Shown in pieces: positions 8,852-18,500 of a stretch of 62,773 bases of DNA. Under the pieces are notes generated by a model that saw nothing but the letters and a program-made list of their open reading frames with translations, searched no databases and was not told the origin of the DNA. Each line of letters starts with the position of its first letter. The first letter of the stretch is position 1. The translations under genes were made by a program, and so were the position numbers. Location of the stretch: NCBI GenBank assembly GCA_035540895.1, contig DATLFR010000075.1, positions 1 through 62,773 on the forward strand, written 5' to 3'. Origin of the DNA: Actinomycetota bacterium. Its GTDB lineage: Bacteria > Actinomycetota > JAICYB01.

Positions 8852-11167
8852 TCACCCCTTGAACAGCCAGTCGATCTCCCCGGCGAAACGGGCCGCGACC
8901 TCGTCGCGGAGGCGCCGGTGGTCGGCGGCCTGCAGCCGCGGGTCCGTGTCCACGAGGGCGAAGGCGGCTTCCCGCGCCTCCACCACCACCGGGAAGTCCT
9001 CGACCAGGCGCGCCACCTTCAGGTCGACCATCCCCGCCTGTCGGGTGCCGAAGATCGTGCCCTCCCCTCGGATCTTCAGGTCCTCCTCGGCGAGCACGAA
9101 CCCGTCGGTGGACGCCTCGACCACCTCCAGCCGCCGGCGGGAGTCGGGGGTCGTGGCCTCCGACATCAGCAGGCACCATCCCCCCCATGCCCCTCGCCCG
9201 ACCCGGCCCCGGAGCTGATGCAGCTGGGCGAGACCGAACCGCTCCGCGTTCTCGATCAGCATGACGGTGGCCTCGGGAACGTCCACGCCCACCTCGATGA
9301 CGGTCGTGGAGATGAGCACGGAGATCTCCCCCCGGCGGAACCGGTCCATGACGCGGTCCTTCTCGGAGGGCCGCATCTGTCCGTGCAGGAGACCGACCTC
9401 GAGGTCGGGGAAGACCTCGGTGGCGAGACGCTCTGCCTCCGCGACCGCGGCCCTGGCCTGCAGGGAGTCCGACTCGTCCACCAGAGCGCACACGACGAAG
9501 GCTCGGCGTCCCTCCCCGACCTCTCGTCGGATCAGCTCGTAGGCCGCGTCGCGCTCCTGCTCCGTCTGGACGATCTTCGTGCGGATGGGCTGGCGTCCGG
9601 ACGGGAGCTCGTCGAGGACGGAGACGTCCAGGTCACCGTAGAGGGTGAGGGCGAGCGTCCGGGGGATCGGGGTCGCGGTCATGATCAGGACGTCGGGGTC
9701 CTCGCCCTTCGCCCGAAGCTGGATCCGCTGTCCGAGCCCGAACCTGTGCTGCTCGTCGATCACGGCGATGCCAAGCCGGTCGAAACCGACGTCCTCACTG
9801 ATCAGCGCATGCGTCCCGCAGACCACACCCACGTCACCCGACGCGATCCGCATGACGATGTTGGCGCGCTGCGCCTTCGGGACGGACGAAGTGAGCAGCG
9901 CCACCTCTATCCCGAGCGGCTCGAGCATCTCGCGGATCTTGCGGGCGTGCTGCTCGGCCAGCACCTCGGTGGGAGCCATGATCGCCGCCTGCGTCCCCGA
10001 CCCGACGGCCACGAGGGCCGCGTACACCGCGACGAGCGTCTTCCCGGACCCGACCTCCCCCTGCAGGAGCCGGTGCATCGGCCTGGGACGCGCCATATCG
10101 GCGGCGATCTCACGCATCGCCCTCGTCTGGGCGGCGGTCGGACGGAACGGCAGGGTGTCCAGGAACCTCTCGGCCGGGCCCCCGTCGGGGTTCGCGTGCG
10201 AGATGCCCCGGACCTCCTGCTCGAGGTGCCGCTTGCGCAGCGCGAGCGCGACCTCGAGCACGAAGAGCTCGTCGAAGACGAGACGTCGTCGGGCGTCGGC
10301 GACCTGGTCCGGGTCGTCGGGGAAGTGCATCGACCGGAGGGCGAGACCGCGGGGCAGCAGGTTGTGCGCAGCCCTGATCCGCGCCGGGAGGGGGTCGGGC
10401 ACCGGACCCAGACGCTCGAACGCGGCCGCGAGCAGCTTCAGCAGCAGCGGCGCGGACACCTGCTCGGAGGCCGGGTACACCGGGACGACGCGTCCCGTCT
10501 GGATGGCCTCGCCCTCGGCCGAGAGGAGGTCGTAGGCCGGGTTGGTCATCTGCAGCTTCCCGCCCCGGCGCTCCGCGACCCCCGAGAATGCCGCCTCCGT
10601 ACCCTCGGTCAGCTGCCGCGCCCGCCAGTCCTGGTTCCACCAGACGCACTCCAGGTAGCCGGTCCCGTCGGACACCGACACGCGGAGCAGGCGTCGGCCG
10701 GAGCGGGTTCGGTCCACCGTTGACCGTTTCACGGTCGCGACGACCGTGGCCTGCTGTCCGACCCGGAGGTCGCGTACGGGCAGCGTCGTCCGCCGGTCGA
10801 TGTACGACCTCGGCAGGTGCTCGAGGAGCTCACCGATCGTCCGCAGACCGAACGCGTGCAGCCTCGCCGCCACCTTCGGCCCGACCCCGGGGAGCACGTC
10901 CACAGGATCTTGGAGGCCCAGGCTCCCCTCCGCCTCGCCGCGAGGCTGGGAGCCGGGGAGGATCCCGGCCAACCTGACGCACACGTCCTCCCGATCGGAC
11001 CGGTTCTTCAGCCGGTAGGAGGTGAGCGCAGCCATCGCCCAGGATCGGGAGTCGCGGGCGGTCGAGGGCTCGGCCTGCAGCTGCCGGAGCACGGAGGCCG
11101 AGAAGCCGCCCAGCAGGCCCCGATCCGGACACCCGAGTGCCTGCTCGGCCCACACGCCTTCCCGCAT
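8852..11167 (-). CDS. recG: ATP-dependent DNA helicase RecG
   Basis: VLPGVGPKVAARL wedge-region motif, Walker A GEVGSGKTLVA, VIDEQHRFG, helicase C-terminal blocks. The start is uncertain; the alternative ATG is at 11035. Confidence 0.9.
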   Translation of the reverse strand: MREGVWAEQALGCPDRGLLGGFSASVLRQLQAEPSTARDSRSWAMAALTSYRLKNRSDREDVCVRLAGILPGSQPRGEAEGSLGLQDPVDVLPGVGPKVAARLHAFGLRTIGELLEHLPRSYIDRRTTLPVRDLRVGQQATVVATVKRSTVDRTRSGRRLLRVSVSDGTGYLECVWWNQDWRARQLTEGTEAAFSGVAERRGGKLQMTNPAYDLLSAEGEAIQTGRVVPVYPASEQVSAPLLLKLLAAAFERLGPVPDPLPARIRAAHNLLPRGLALRSMHFPDDPDQVADARRRLVFDELFVLEVALALRKRHLEQEVRGISHANPDGGPAERFLDTLPFRPTAAQTRAMREIAADMARPRPMHRLLQGEVGSGKTLVAVYAALVAVGSGTQAAIMAPTEVLAEQHARKIREMLEPLGIEVALLTSSVPKAQRANIVMRIASGDVGVVCGTHALISEDVGFDRLGIAVIDEQHRFGLGQRIQLRAKGEDPDVLIMTATPIPRTLALTLYGDLDVSVLDELPSGRQPIRTKIVQTEQERDAAYELIRREVGEGRRAFVVCALVDESDSLQARAAVAEAERLATEVFPDLEVGLLHGQMRPSEKDRVMDRFRRGEISVLISTTVIEVGVDVPEATVMLIENAERFGLAQLHQLRGRVGRGAWGGWCLLMSEATTPDSRRRLEVVEASTDGFVLAEEDLKIRGEGTIFGTRQAGMVDLKVARLVEDFPVVVEAREAAFALVDTDPRLQAADHRRLRDEVAARFAGEIDWLFKG

Positions 11168-11299
11168 CCCGGAAGCCTATCGGTCGCCCCCGACGCGGGA
11201 GCCTGGAGGGCCGCAAGGGGGAGGGATCGGGAGGAGGAGGACGAATCAGGACGGGGAGGGCATCGACGAGACAGGCCCGTGACCCGAGGGGGGGGAACG

Positions 11300-12046
11300 A
11301 TGGTGCGACTGAGGGTGAGTGCGATCCTGTTCGCGCTGGGCGTCGTCGTCTCGCTGGGCGGCGTCCCCGCGGGGGCCGAGACCGGCGCGCTGTCCTACGA
11401 GCGATGCCTCGAACACGCGACGCTCCTCCCCCGGCCGGCATCGCAGCTCGCGTCCGAGCTCCCAGAGGGGTTCACGCCCCTCACCCTCGACCCCGCCGGG
11501 ACGACCGGTGCCGTCGTCCTGGCCGCCTGGACATGCGGGTCCGGCGGCACGCAGGTGCGCGAAGCGATCGAGGGGGTGCTCGTCGTCCCACCCGACGCCT
11601 ACGCGGTCGAAGGCGCCCAGCACTTCCTCGTGCGACAGGGGTTCACCTCGAGTTCGGACTCCGCGGCCAGGTACGCGTCCTGGTGCTTCGGGGAGGTCTT
11701 CAAGGCGGCCGATGTCTCCCAGACCGAGACGCTCACCCCTGCTTTGCGGACCGGGCACGTCACGGCGACGGGCCCGCATGGGTCGCTCGACTTCCGGACG
11801 ACCATACCCGGCACGAGGGACGGCTCGATGATCACGCCGGGCCTGATCAGGCTCTTCACGTCGGAGGGCGGCGCGGTCCGCCTCATGGACATCAACTACA
11901 CGCAGGCGGCCAACTTCGTTCCGGGGACGGGGATGGCCTCGTCGGGGGGGTCTCCCCTTGGACCCGGGCTGGCCATCCACGTGGAGCCCCGGGACGGCAC
12001 CGACGACAACTCGTTCGCCATCACCGCACCGCAGAGCTGCGGCTGA
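11300..12046 (+). CDS. Secreted protein of unknown function
   Basis: ATG 11300 is preceded by a G-rich SD. Signal-peptide-like MVRLRVSAILFALGVVVSLGGVPAGAE. Low-Arg, Thr/Ser/Gly-rich mature part. Confidence 0.55.
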   Translation: MVRLRVSAILFALGVVVSLGGVPAGAETGALSYERCLEHATLLPRPASQLASELPEGFTPLTLDPAGTTGAVVLAAWTCGSGGTQVREAIEGVLVVPPDAYAVEGAQHFLVRQGFTSSSDSAARYASWCFGEVFKAADVSQTETLTPALRTGHVTATGPHGSLDFRTTIPGTRDGSMITPGLIRLFTSEGGAVRLMDINYTQAANFVPGTGMASSGGSPLGPGLAIHVEPRDGTDDNSFAITAPQSCG

Positions 12047-12142
12047 AACGGTCGGGGACGTCCTCCCAGCCACGGGGGCGGGGGTGCAGGCCGCCGCGGC
12101 TCGTAGACACACCGCGCGGCTGCTGCCAGCATTGCTCCGCCG

Positions 12143-13504
12143 ATGAGCGAGAGCCGACCGATCCGTGACCAGAGAGACGCGGATCACCCGCAGACGCGCT
12201 ACGCGAAGGCGGGTGACGACGTGTACATCGCGTACCAGGCCGTGGGCGACGGTCCGATCGACATCGTCTTCATGCCCAACTGGTTCAGCAACATCGAGGT
12301 CGTCTGGCAGTTCCCCCAGATAGGACGGTGGCTGCGAGCGATCTCGTCGTTCTCCCGGCTGATACTGCTCGACCAGCGGGGCAGCGGCCTGTCCGACCCC
12401 GTCGCCCTCACGAGCTTGATCCCACTGGAGGAGCGGGCGCGCGACCTGATCGCCGTTCTCGACTCGGTCGGGGTCGAGCGGGCGGTGATCCTCTCCGCCA
12501 CGCTGACCGCGCCTCTGGCCTGTTTCTTCGCCGCCACCCACAGCGACCGGACGAGAGCGATCGTCCTGCTGGATGCCTTCGTCTCGCCTGAGTCCCCAGA
12601 GGAGGCCGCCGAGACCGACGCCTTCATCGAGAGCATCCCGGAGACGTGGGGAGCGCCCTGGACCGGGACCAGGGACTTCGAAAGCATGGACGATCGCGCG
12701 AACGCCTTCTTCGCGTACTACCGCCGGATGTCGATGGGTCCCGGCGCCGCCCAGGCGCTGTTCAGAGCGCTGCAGCACATGGACGTGCGCGATCTGCTCC
12801 CGGCCATCCGGGTGCCGACCCTGGTCCTGCACCACGGCGACATGAAGGGTCACACGGGCGAGGCGCACGCGGCGGCGGACGCACGCCTGCTGCAGGAGGC
12901 CATCCCTGATGCGCGCCGGGTCGAGCTGCGGACCCCTGGGTTCAGCTGGGGGCTGGGGGATGCCGATGAGATGGCGGAGGAGCTCCAGGAGTTCCTGACC
13001 GGTACGCGCGGACGAACGGCCTCCTCTCGTCGGCTCGCCACCGTGCTGTTCACCGACGTGGTGGCGTCCACCGCGAGGCTCGCCGCCATCGGGGACCGCG
13101 CGTGGACCGATGTCCTCGCCGACCACGAGCACGTGGTCCGGGAGCGGGTCTCCCGGTCCGAGGGCTCCCTCGTCGAGGTGAAGGGTGAGGAGTCACTGTC
13201 CGTCTTCGATGGACCGGGGCGCGCGATCCGGTGCGCAGCGGCTCTCCGGGACGACCTGTCCGGCATGGGCCTCGAGGTGAGGGCCGGGCTGCACACGGGC
13301 GAGGTCGAGTTCGACGGCGACCGGGTGGCCGGGATGGCCGTGCACATCGGCGCCCGGGTGGCCGCCCTGGCCGGGGCGGGCGAGGTCCTCGTGTCGAGCA
13401 CGGTGAAGGACCTCGTCCTCGGCTCGGAGATCGAGTTCGAGGAGCGCGGGGAGCACGAGTTGAAGGGCGTCCCAGGCGCCTGGCGCGTATTCCGCGTCAG
13501 ATGA
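12143..13504 (+). CDS. Alpha/beta-hydrolase fused to class III adenylate/guanylate cyclase (LipJ-like)
   Basis: The N-terminal half is an alpha/beta-hydrolase fold (ILLDQRGSGLSD). The C-terminal half is a cyclase (LATVLFTDVVASTARL, GEESLSVFDG, RAGLHTGEVE, GMAVHIGARV). Confidence 0.8.
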   Translation: MSESRPIRDQRDADHPQTRYAKAGDDVYIAYQAVGDGPIDIVFMPNWFSNIEVVWQFPQIGRWLRAISSFSRLILLDQRGSGLSDPVALTSLIPLEERARDLIAVLDSVGVERAVILSATLTAPLACFFAATHSDRTRAIVLLDAFVSPESPEEAAETDAFIESIPETWGAPWTGTRDFESMDDRANAFFAYYRRMSMGPGAAQALFRALQHMDVRDLLPAIRVPTLVLHHGDMKGHTGEAHAAADARLLQEAIPDARRVELRTPGFSWGLGDADEMAEELQEFLTGTRGRTASSRRLATVLFTDVVASTARLAAIGDRAWTDVLADHEHVVRERVSRSEGSLVEVKGEESLSVFDGPGRAIRCAAALRDDLSGMGLEVRAGLHTGEVEFDGDRVAGMAVHIGARVAALAGAGEVLVSSTVKDLVLGSEIEFEERGEHELKGVPGAWRVFRVR

Positions 13505-13514
13505 AGACGGCTGT

Positions 13515-14342
13515 CTAGCGCGGACGCGACCCGTAATCGCCGAAGGGGTCGTCCCGCTCCCGGACCGCCTCCCGGAAGCCGATCTCCTGGGCCCGCTCGA
13601 CGAACCCCAGGCCCTCCCGCGTGTGCCGGGCGATGCCGTCGAACAGGGTTCCCAGCGTGCGGGACGATGCGAACCCCATGTTCTCCACCGTCTGGTTGCA
13701 CAAGAGCTTCAGCATCACGAGCTGAGAGACGGGCAGGCGGGCCATGCGCTCGGCCAGGCCGACCGCGCGGTCCAGCAACTCCCCGTCGGGGACCGCCTCG
13801 AGGATCAGGCCGATCTCGGCGGCCAGGGGAGCCGGGATCTCGTCTCCCGTGAGCAGGTAGCGCTTCGCCCGCTCGAGGCCCATCCGGTACACCCACATCG
13901 CCGTCGTCGGCGTCCCCCACACGCGGGCCGGGGGGTACCCGAAGACCGCGCCCTCCCCCGCCACGATGAGGTCGCAGCACAGGACCATGTCGGTGCCCCC
14001 GGCGATGCACCAGCCCTGCACGGCAGCGATCGTCGGCTTACGCGCGTACCAGAGCTTCATGTACGTCTGGACGAAGCTCCCGATCCCCTCCATGTCGCGG
14101 ACCGAGTCCCACCCCTGCTCGTGGGACTGCGCCTCGGTCGACCAGTCCAGTCCGTAGCCGGCGCAGAAGGCGGGACCCTCGGCCCGGAGGAGGATGACGT
14201 GGACGGACGGGTCGCGGTCCGCCTCGTCGACGGCCGACGCGAGCTCGTCACGCAGGGCCGGGGTGATCGTGTTGTACTCGGCGGCCCGCGTCAGCACCAC
14301 GTGCCTCACGCCGGACCGCGTCTCCGTCCTCAGCGTCTCCAC
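13515..14342 (-). CDS. Enoyl-CoA hydratase/isomerase (crotonase) family protein
   Basis: Crotonase pattern VILLRAEGPAFCAGYGLD and AAVQGWCIAGGTDMVLCCDL. Confidence 0.8.
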   Translation of the reverse strand: METLRTETRSGVRHVVLTRAAEYNTITPALRDELASAVDEADRDPSVHVILLRAEGPAFCAGYGLDWSTEAQSHEQGWDSVRDMEGIGSFVQTYMKLWYARKPTIAAVQGWCIAGGTDMVLCCDLIVAGEGAVFGYPPARVWGTPTTAMWVYRMGLERAKRYLLTGDEIPAPLAAEIGLILEAVPDGELLDRAVGLAERMARLPVSQLVMLKLLCNQTVENMGFASSRTLGTLFDGIARHTREGLGFVERAQEIGFREAVRERDDPFGDYGSRPR

Positions 14343-14488
14343 GACGGCTCCCTATCGCTCGGGAGCAGAGCCTAGCCCAGGCCCCCGGACGTAGGAGAGC
14401 CGGGCCCTGGGGAGGCCCGGCTCCTACGCTGCTGAGGGGGTGCGCTCGACCAGTGAAACGCGCGGGAGCCTCATGGCCGTCGCACCTG

Positions 14489-16306
14489 TCAGGCGAGCGA
14501 CTCCTCCCAGGCCCGCGAGAGCGCGGCCCAGCGGCCGGGTTCGAGGGCCAGGTCCTGAGGGGTCCCGTCCTCGACGATGCGCCCGTCCTCGACCACCAGC
14601 ACCCGGTCCGCGACCTCCACGGTGGCCAGACGGTGGGCGATGATGAACGCGGTCCGGTCGCGCAGCACCACCTCGAGCGCGCGCTGGATCAGCCGCTCCG
14701 ATGGCATGTCGATCGACGAGGTCGCCTCGTCGAAGATGATCACCTGCGGATCGGCGAGGAAGGCGCGGGCGAGCGCGACGAGCTGCTTCTGTCCGGCCGA
14801 GAGCCTCCCGCCCCTCTTGCGGACGTCCGTGTCGTACCCCTCCGGCATCAGATCGATGAACGTGTCGGCCCCCACGACCCGGGCGGCCTCCACGACCTGC
14901 TCTCGCGTGGCGTCCGGACGTCCGAACGCGATGTTCTCGGCCACGGTCCCGCCGAACAGGAACCCCTCCTGGGTGACGAGGACGACCGCCCGGCGCAGCT
15001 CGGCGATCGGGACGTCGCGCAGCGAGACCCCGTCGAGCGTCACCCGGCCCTGCTGGGGGTCGTAGAAGCGCGCGACCAGCTTCGCGATCGTGGACTTCCC
15101 GGCTCCCGTGGGCCCCACGAGCGCGACGGTCTGTCCGGCCGGGACCTCGATGGTGAGGTCGCGGAGGACGTCCACCTCGCGGTACCTGAACGTCACCCCC
15201 TCGAAGCCGACGCGGCCGGTCCAGGTCCGCGATACGGCGCGATCCGGCGCGGGATCGGGGACGTCCGGCTCCTCGTCGAGCACGCCGGACAGCTTCTCGA
15301 GCGCGGCCGCTGCGGCCTGGAAGATGTTGTAGACCTGCGAGAGCTCCTGGACGGGCTGGAAGAACTGGCGCACGTACAGAAGGAAAGCGACCAGGACGCC
15401 CACCTCCATCGCGCCTCCCAGGACGCGCCGTCCCCCGAAGAACAGGACGGCCGCGGTGGCGATGTCGCCGAGCAGCGATATCCCCGGCCCGAAGACCGAG
15501 GACGCTCGGACCGACTCCATCGAGGCGTCGCGGTATCGCCCGTTGACGTCGTCGAAGATCTCCTGGTTGCGCGGCTCCCGCCGGTAGGCGTGCACGGCGC
15601 GGATCCCGCCCAGCGACTCCACGAAGTGGATGATGACGAGGGCGATCGCCTCGCGGACCCGGCCGTAGATCCTCTCCGAGGTGTGCCGGAACCACCAGGT
15701 GAGCCCGACGACGAACGGGAAGACCGAGAGCGTGACGAGGGCGAGCGGCGGGTCGAGCGTGAAGAGCGCCACCCCGATCCCCACGAGCGAAAGGACCGCC
15801 GTCGGCATCGTCACGAGGCCGGTGTTGAGCAGCTCCGCCAGCGCGTCGACGTCGGAGGTGAGCCGGGACATGATCCGCCCCGTCGTGTACCGCTCGTGGA
15901 ACCCGATGGAGAGCCTCTGGAAGTGGTCGAAGACGCGCCGGCGCAGATCGAACAGGATCAGCTCGCCGTTCCGCCCGGTGACGCGCAGGTACCCCCGCAG
16001 CGTGAGAGCCTCGAACGTCTGGATGACGGCGTAGACCACGACGACGGTCACGAGCACGCGCAGGGAGCGGGCCCGGAGCCCGTCGTCGATCGCGATCTTC
16101 ACCAGGTACGGGCCCGACAGCAGCGCGGCGGCGTTCGTCACCACGAGCACGGCTCCCAGGACGATCTGCTTCAGGTGAGGTCGCAGCAGGGAGCCGAGCA
16201 GGGCACGGCTGCGCCGGCGCAGCAGACCGGACAGCCTCCCGGTGCGCTCCTCCTCGGAGACGGTCTCGGACGCCACCCCCCTCCAGCTCTGGACATCGGC
16301 GCTCAT
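14489..16306 (-). CDS. ABC transporter, fused permease/ATP-binding subunit (exporter half 2)
   Basis: Six-helix N-terminal TMD, Walker A GPTGAGKST, signature LSAGQKQ, Walker B IIFDEATS. 4-nt overlap with the upstream partner. Confidence 0.85.
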   Translation of the reverse strand: MSADVQSWRGVASETVSEEERTGRLSGLLRRRSRALLGSLLRPHLKQIVLGAVLVVTNAAALLSGPYLVKIAIDDGLRARSLRVLVTVVVVYAVIQTFEALTLRGYLRVTGRNGELILFDLRRRVFDHFQRLSIGFHERYTTGRIMSRLTSDVDALAELLNTGLVTMPTAVLSLVGIGVALFTLDPPLALVTLSVFPFVVGLTWWFRHTSERIYGRVREAIALVIIHFVESLGGIRAVHAYRREPRNQEIFDDVNGRYRDASMESVRASSVFGPGISLLGDIATAAVLFFGGRRVLGGAMEVGVLVAFLLYVRQFFQPVQELSQVYNIFQAAAAALEKLSGVLDEEPDVPDPAPDRAVSRTWTGRVGFEGVTFRYREVDVLRDLTIEVPAGQTVALVGPTGAGKSTIAKLVARFYDPQQGRVTLDGVSLRDVPIAELRRAVVLVTQEGFLFGGTVAENIAFGRPDATREQVVEAARVVGADTFIDLMPEGYDTDVRKRGGRLSAGQKQLVALARAFLADPQVIIFDEATSSIDMPSERLIQRALEVVLRDRTAFIIAHRLATVEVADRVLVVEDGRIVEDGTPQDLALEPGRWAALSRAWEESLA

Positions 16307-18090
16307 GCGTGCACCCCGCTCACATCTGCCGCCAGCACCTCTCTGTACAAGGGGACGTCGCGCAGCAGGTCGTGGTGCGTACCGGTCGCCACGATCCGTC
16401 CCTCGTGGAGGAGCGCCACTCGGTCGGCCAACAGCAGCGTCGACGGACGGTGCGCCACCAGGACGGCGGTCCGGCCCTGCAGGATCGAGCGCAGCGACGC
16501 CTCTATGGCCGCTTCCGTGTGCACGTCCACCGACGACATCGGGTTGTCCAGGACGAGCAGACGCGGACGCCCCACCACCGCCCTCGCCAGCGCGAGCCGC
16601 TGGCGCTGCCCGCCGGACAGCGAGTACCCCTGCTCACCGACGCGGGTGTCCAGACCCCAGGGCAGGTCGCGCACGAAGGCGGCAGCCTGGGCGAGCTCGA
16701 GCGCCTCCCACACCGTGGCGTCGTCGGCCTCCGGGTTCCCCATGAGCAGGTTCTCGCGCACGGACAGGGAGAACAGGATCGGATCCTCGAACGCCACCCC
16801 GACGTGTCCTCGCAGCGGGCGCACGGACAACTCCCGGAGGTCGATGCCGTCCAGCGTCACCCGGCCCGCCGTGGGGTCGTAGAAGCGCGCGATCAGCGAG
16901 GTGAGCGTCGACTTCCCGGACCCGGTCATCCCGACGACGGCCAGCGTCTCCCCCGGTGTGACCTCGAGCTCGAGCCGGGACAGCACCTCCCGCGAGGTGC
17001 CCGGGTAGGTGAACGACACGTCCTCGAAGCGCAGCCGTCCCTCCGTCGAGGTCAGCTCGACCGCCCCGGGGGCGTCCGCGATCTCGGGTTCGGTGTCCAG
17101 GATCTCCCAGATGCGCTCGGCGGCGGCGTGGGCCTCCTGCCCGCCCGCGATGATCCAGCCGATGTCGCGCACCGGCCACACGAGCATCCCCTGGTAGGTG
17201 ATGAAGGCGACGAGGGCGCCCAGGCTCATCCCGCCGTCCATGACGCGCAGCCCGCCGACGAGCAGGATGACGACCACGTTGAGGCCGAGCAGCGCGTTGT
17301 CGAGCGACCAGAACCCCGCCCGCGAGTAGACCTGCTCGAGGTTGATGTCGACGAGCGTTCGCGCGTGCCGCTCGTACAGGGCCGACCGCTGGGCCTCCCG
17401 GCCGTACGACTTGATGACCCGCACGCCTCCCGCCGACTCCTCGACCACGTTGGTCAGGTCGCCGAGCTGATCCTGCGAGCGGCGCGAGACCTCACGGTAC
17501 CGGCGGGCGAAACGGTGGCTGATGAAGATGACGGGCGTGCAGAAGCCCAGCGTGGCCAGGGCCAGCCACGCGTCGAGACGGAAGAGCCAGAACATCACCC
17601 ACAGGAAGGTCTGGCCGAGGATGAACAACCAGAGGAGCCCGAAGCCGAGGAACCGCCGGATCCGGCCGATGTCGCTCACCGCGCGGGAGACGAGCTGTCC
17701 GGACTGCCACCCGTCGTGGAAGCCCACGTGCAGGCTCTGCAGGTGCGCGTACAGCCCGCTGCGCAGATCCCGCTCGACCCCGAGCGAGACGGTCCCGGTC
17801 GCGTTGCGGCGTAGGAACCCGCAAGCGGTGGCGATCGCGCCGAGAGCGAGGGCCGCTGCGGCGTAGCGTCCGACCAGATCCGCCCGCCCGGCCTCCACCA
17901 CGTCGTTGACGAAGCGCTCGAACACCTTGGGTAGGAGGACCTGCGCGACGATCATCACCGACGAGACGGCGGCCGCGAAGAGCAGGTGACCGCGGTAGGG
18001 CCGGATGACGGGAGCGAGCCTGCGCAGGGGTCCGGCCGGGCGCGGCTCGCGCCCGGCGCGCGTTCGGTCCTCGACCAGCTCTCCGTCCAT
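16303..18090 (-). CDS. ABC transporter, fused permease/ATP-binding subunit (exporter half 1)
   Basis: TMD plus Walker A GMTGSGKST, signature LSGGQRQR, Walker B LVLDNPMS. Confidence 0.85.
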   Translation of the reverse strand: MDGELVEDRTRAGREPRPAGPLRRLAPVIRPYRGHLLFAAAVSSVMIVAQVLLPKVFERFVNDVVEAGRADLVGRYAAAALALGAIATACGFLRRNATGTVSLGVERDLRSGLYAHLQSLHVGFHDGWQSGQLVSRAVSDIGRIRRFLGFGLLWLFILGQTFLWVMFWLFRLDAWLALATLGFCTPVIFISHRFARRYREVSRRSQDQLGDLTNVVEESAGGVRVIKSYGREAQRSALYERHARTLVDINLEQVYSRAGFWSLDNALLGLNVVVILLVGGLRVMDGGMSLGALVAFITYQGMLVWPVRDIGWIIAGGQEAHAAAERIWEILDTEPEIADAPGAVELTSTEGRLRFEDVSFTYPGTSREVLSRLELEVTPGETLAVVGMTGSGKSTLTSLIARFYDPTAGRVTLDGIDLRELSVRPLRGHVGVAFEDPILFSLSVRENLLMGNPEADDATVWEALELAQAAAFVRDLPWGLDTRVGEQGYSLSGGQRQRLALARAVVGRPRLLVLDNPMSSVDVHTEAAIEASLRSILQGRTAVLVAHRPSTLLLADRVALLHEGRIVATGTHHDLLRDVPLYREVLAADVSGVHA

Positions 18091-18167
18091 GGCCCCCTCC
18101 AGGCGCGCGGGCTCCCGCGGACGGGAGCCGAGACGAGCCGCCTATCCTACAGGGGCTGCCGGACCTG

Positions 18168-18500
18168 TCAAACGGCCCGGCGGAGCTGCTCGAACATCCA
18201 GTACATGAAGGCGACGTAGGTCAGCGCCCCCAGGAGGATGCCCGCCGCGACCGCCCGCAGCGACGGACGCCACACCCAAACGAAGAGGGCGAGACCGGCG
18301 GCCGCGGCGAGACCGAACTCCGGACGGGTGATCGCGTCCAGCACCCACGCGGCCACGAGCACGAGGGCGGTGAGCGAGTAGGCGACGCCGAACAGACCGA
18401 CGCGTCGGACCCACGGCCACGCGCCGCTACTCGACGCCGATGAGGTAGGGGTAGTGCGGCTGCCCGCCACGGTGTACCTCCACCTCCCCCCCGAACGCAT
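18168..18500 (-). CDS. Small membrane protein (about 2-3 TM), start uncertain
   Basis: Hydrophobic segments VGLFGVAYSLTALVLVAAWVL and GLALFVWVW...GILLGALTYVAFMYWMF. The track start overlaps the DAK2 gene end by 74 nt, and I found no convincing internal start. Confidence 0.3.
   Translation of the reverse strand: MRSGGRWRYTVAGSRTTPTSSASSSGAWPWVRRVGLFGVAYSLTALVLVAAWVLDAITRPEFGLAAAAGLALFVWVWRPSLRAVAAGILLGALTYVAFMYWMFEQLRRAV

Noticed and set aside
8246-10723. 825-aa plus-strand ORF
   Set aside because: It is antisense to recG, which has Walker A, DEQH and helicase C motifs. Arg/Pro/Gly-rich shadow frame.
11246-13132. 628-aa minus-strand ORF
   Set aside because: It is antisense to the secreted-protein gene and the LipJ-like cyclase. 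It has no motifs and shadow composition.
14453-16882. 809-aa plus-strand ORF
   Set aside because: It is antisense to the two ABC exporter genes, which have clear Walker and signature motifs. Shadow frame.
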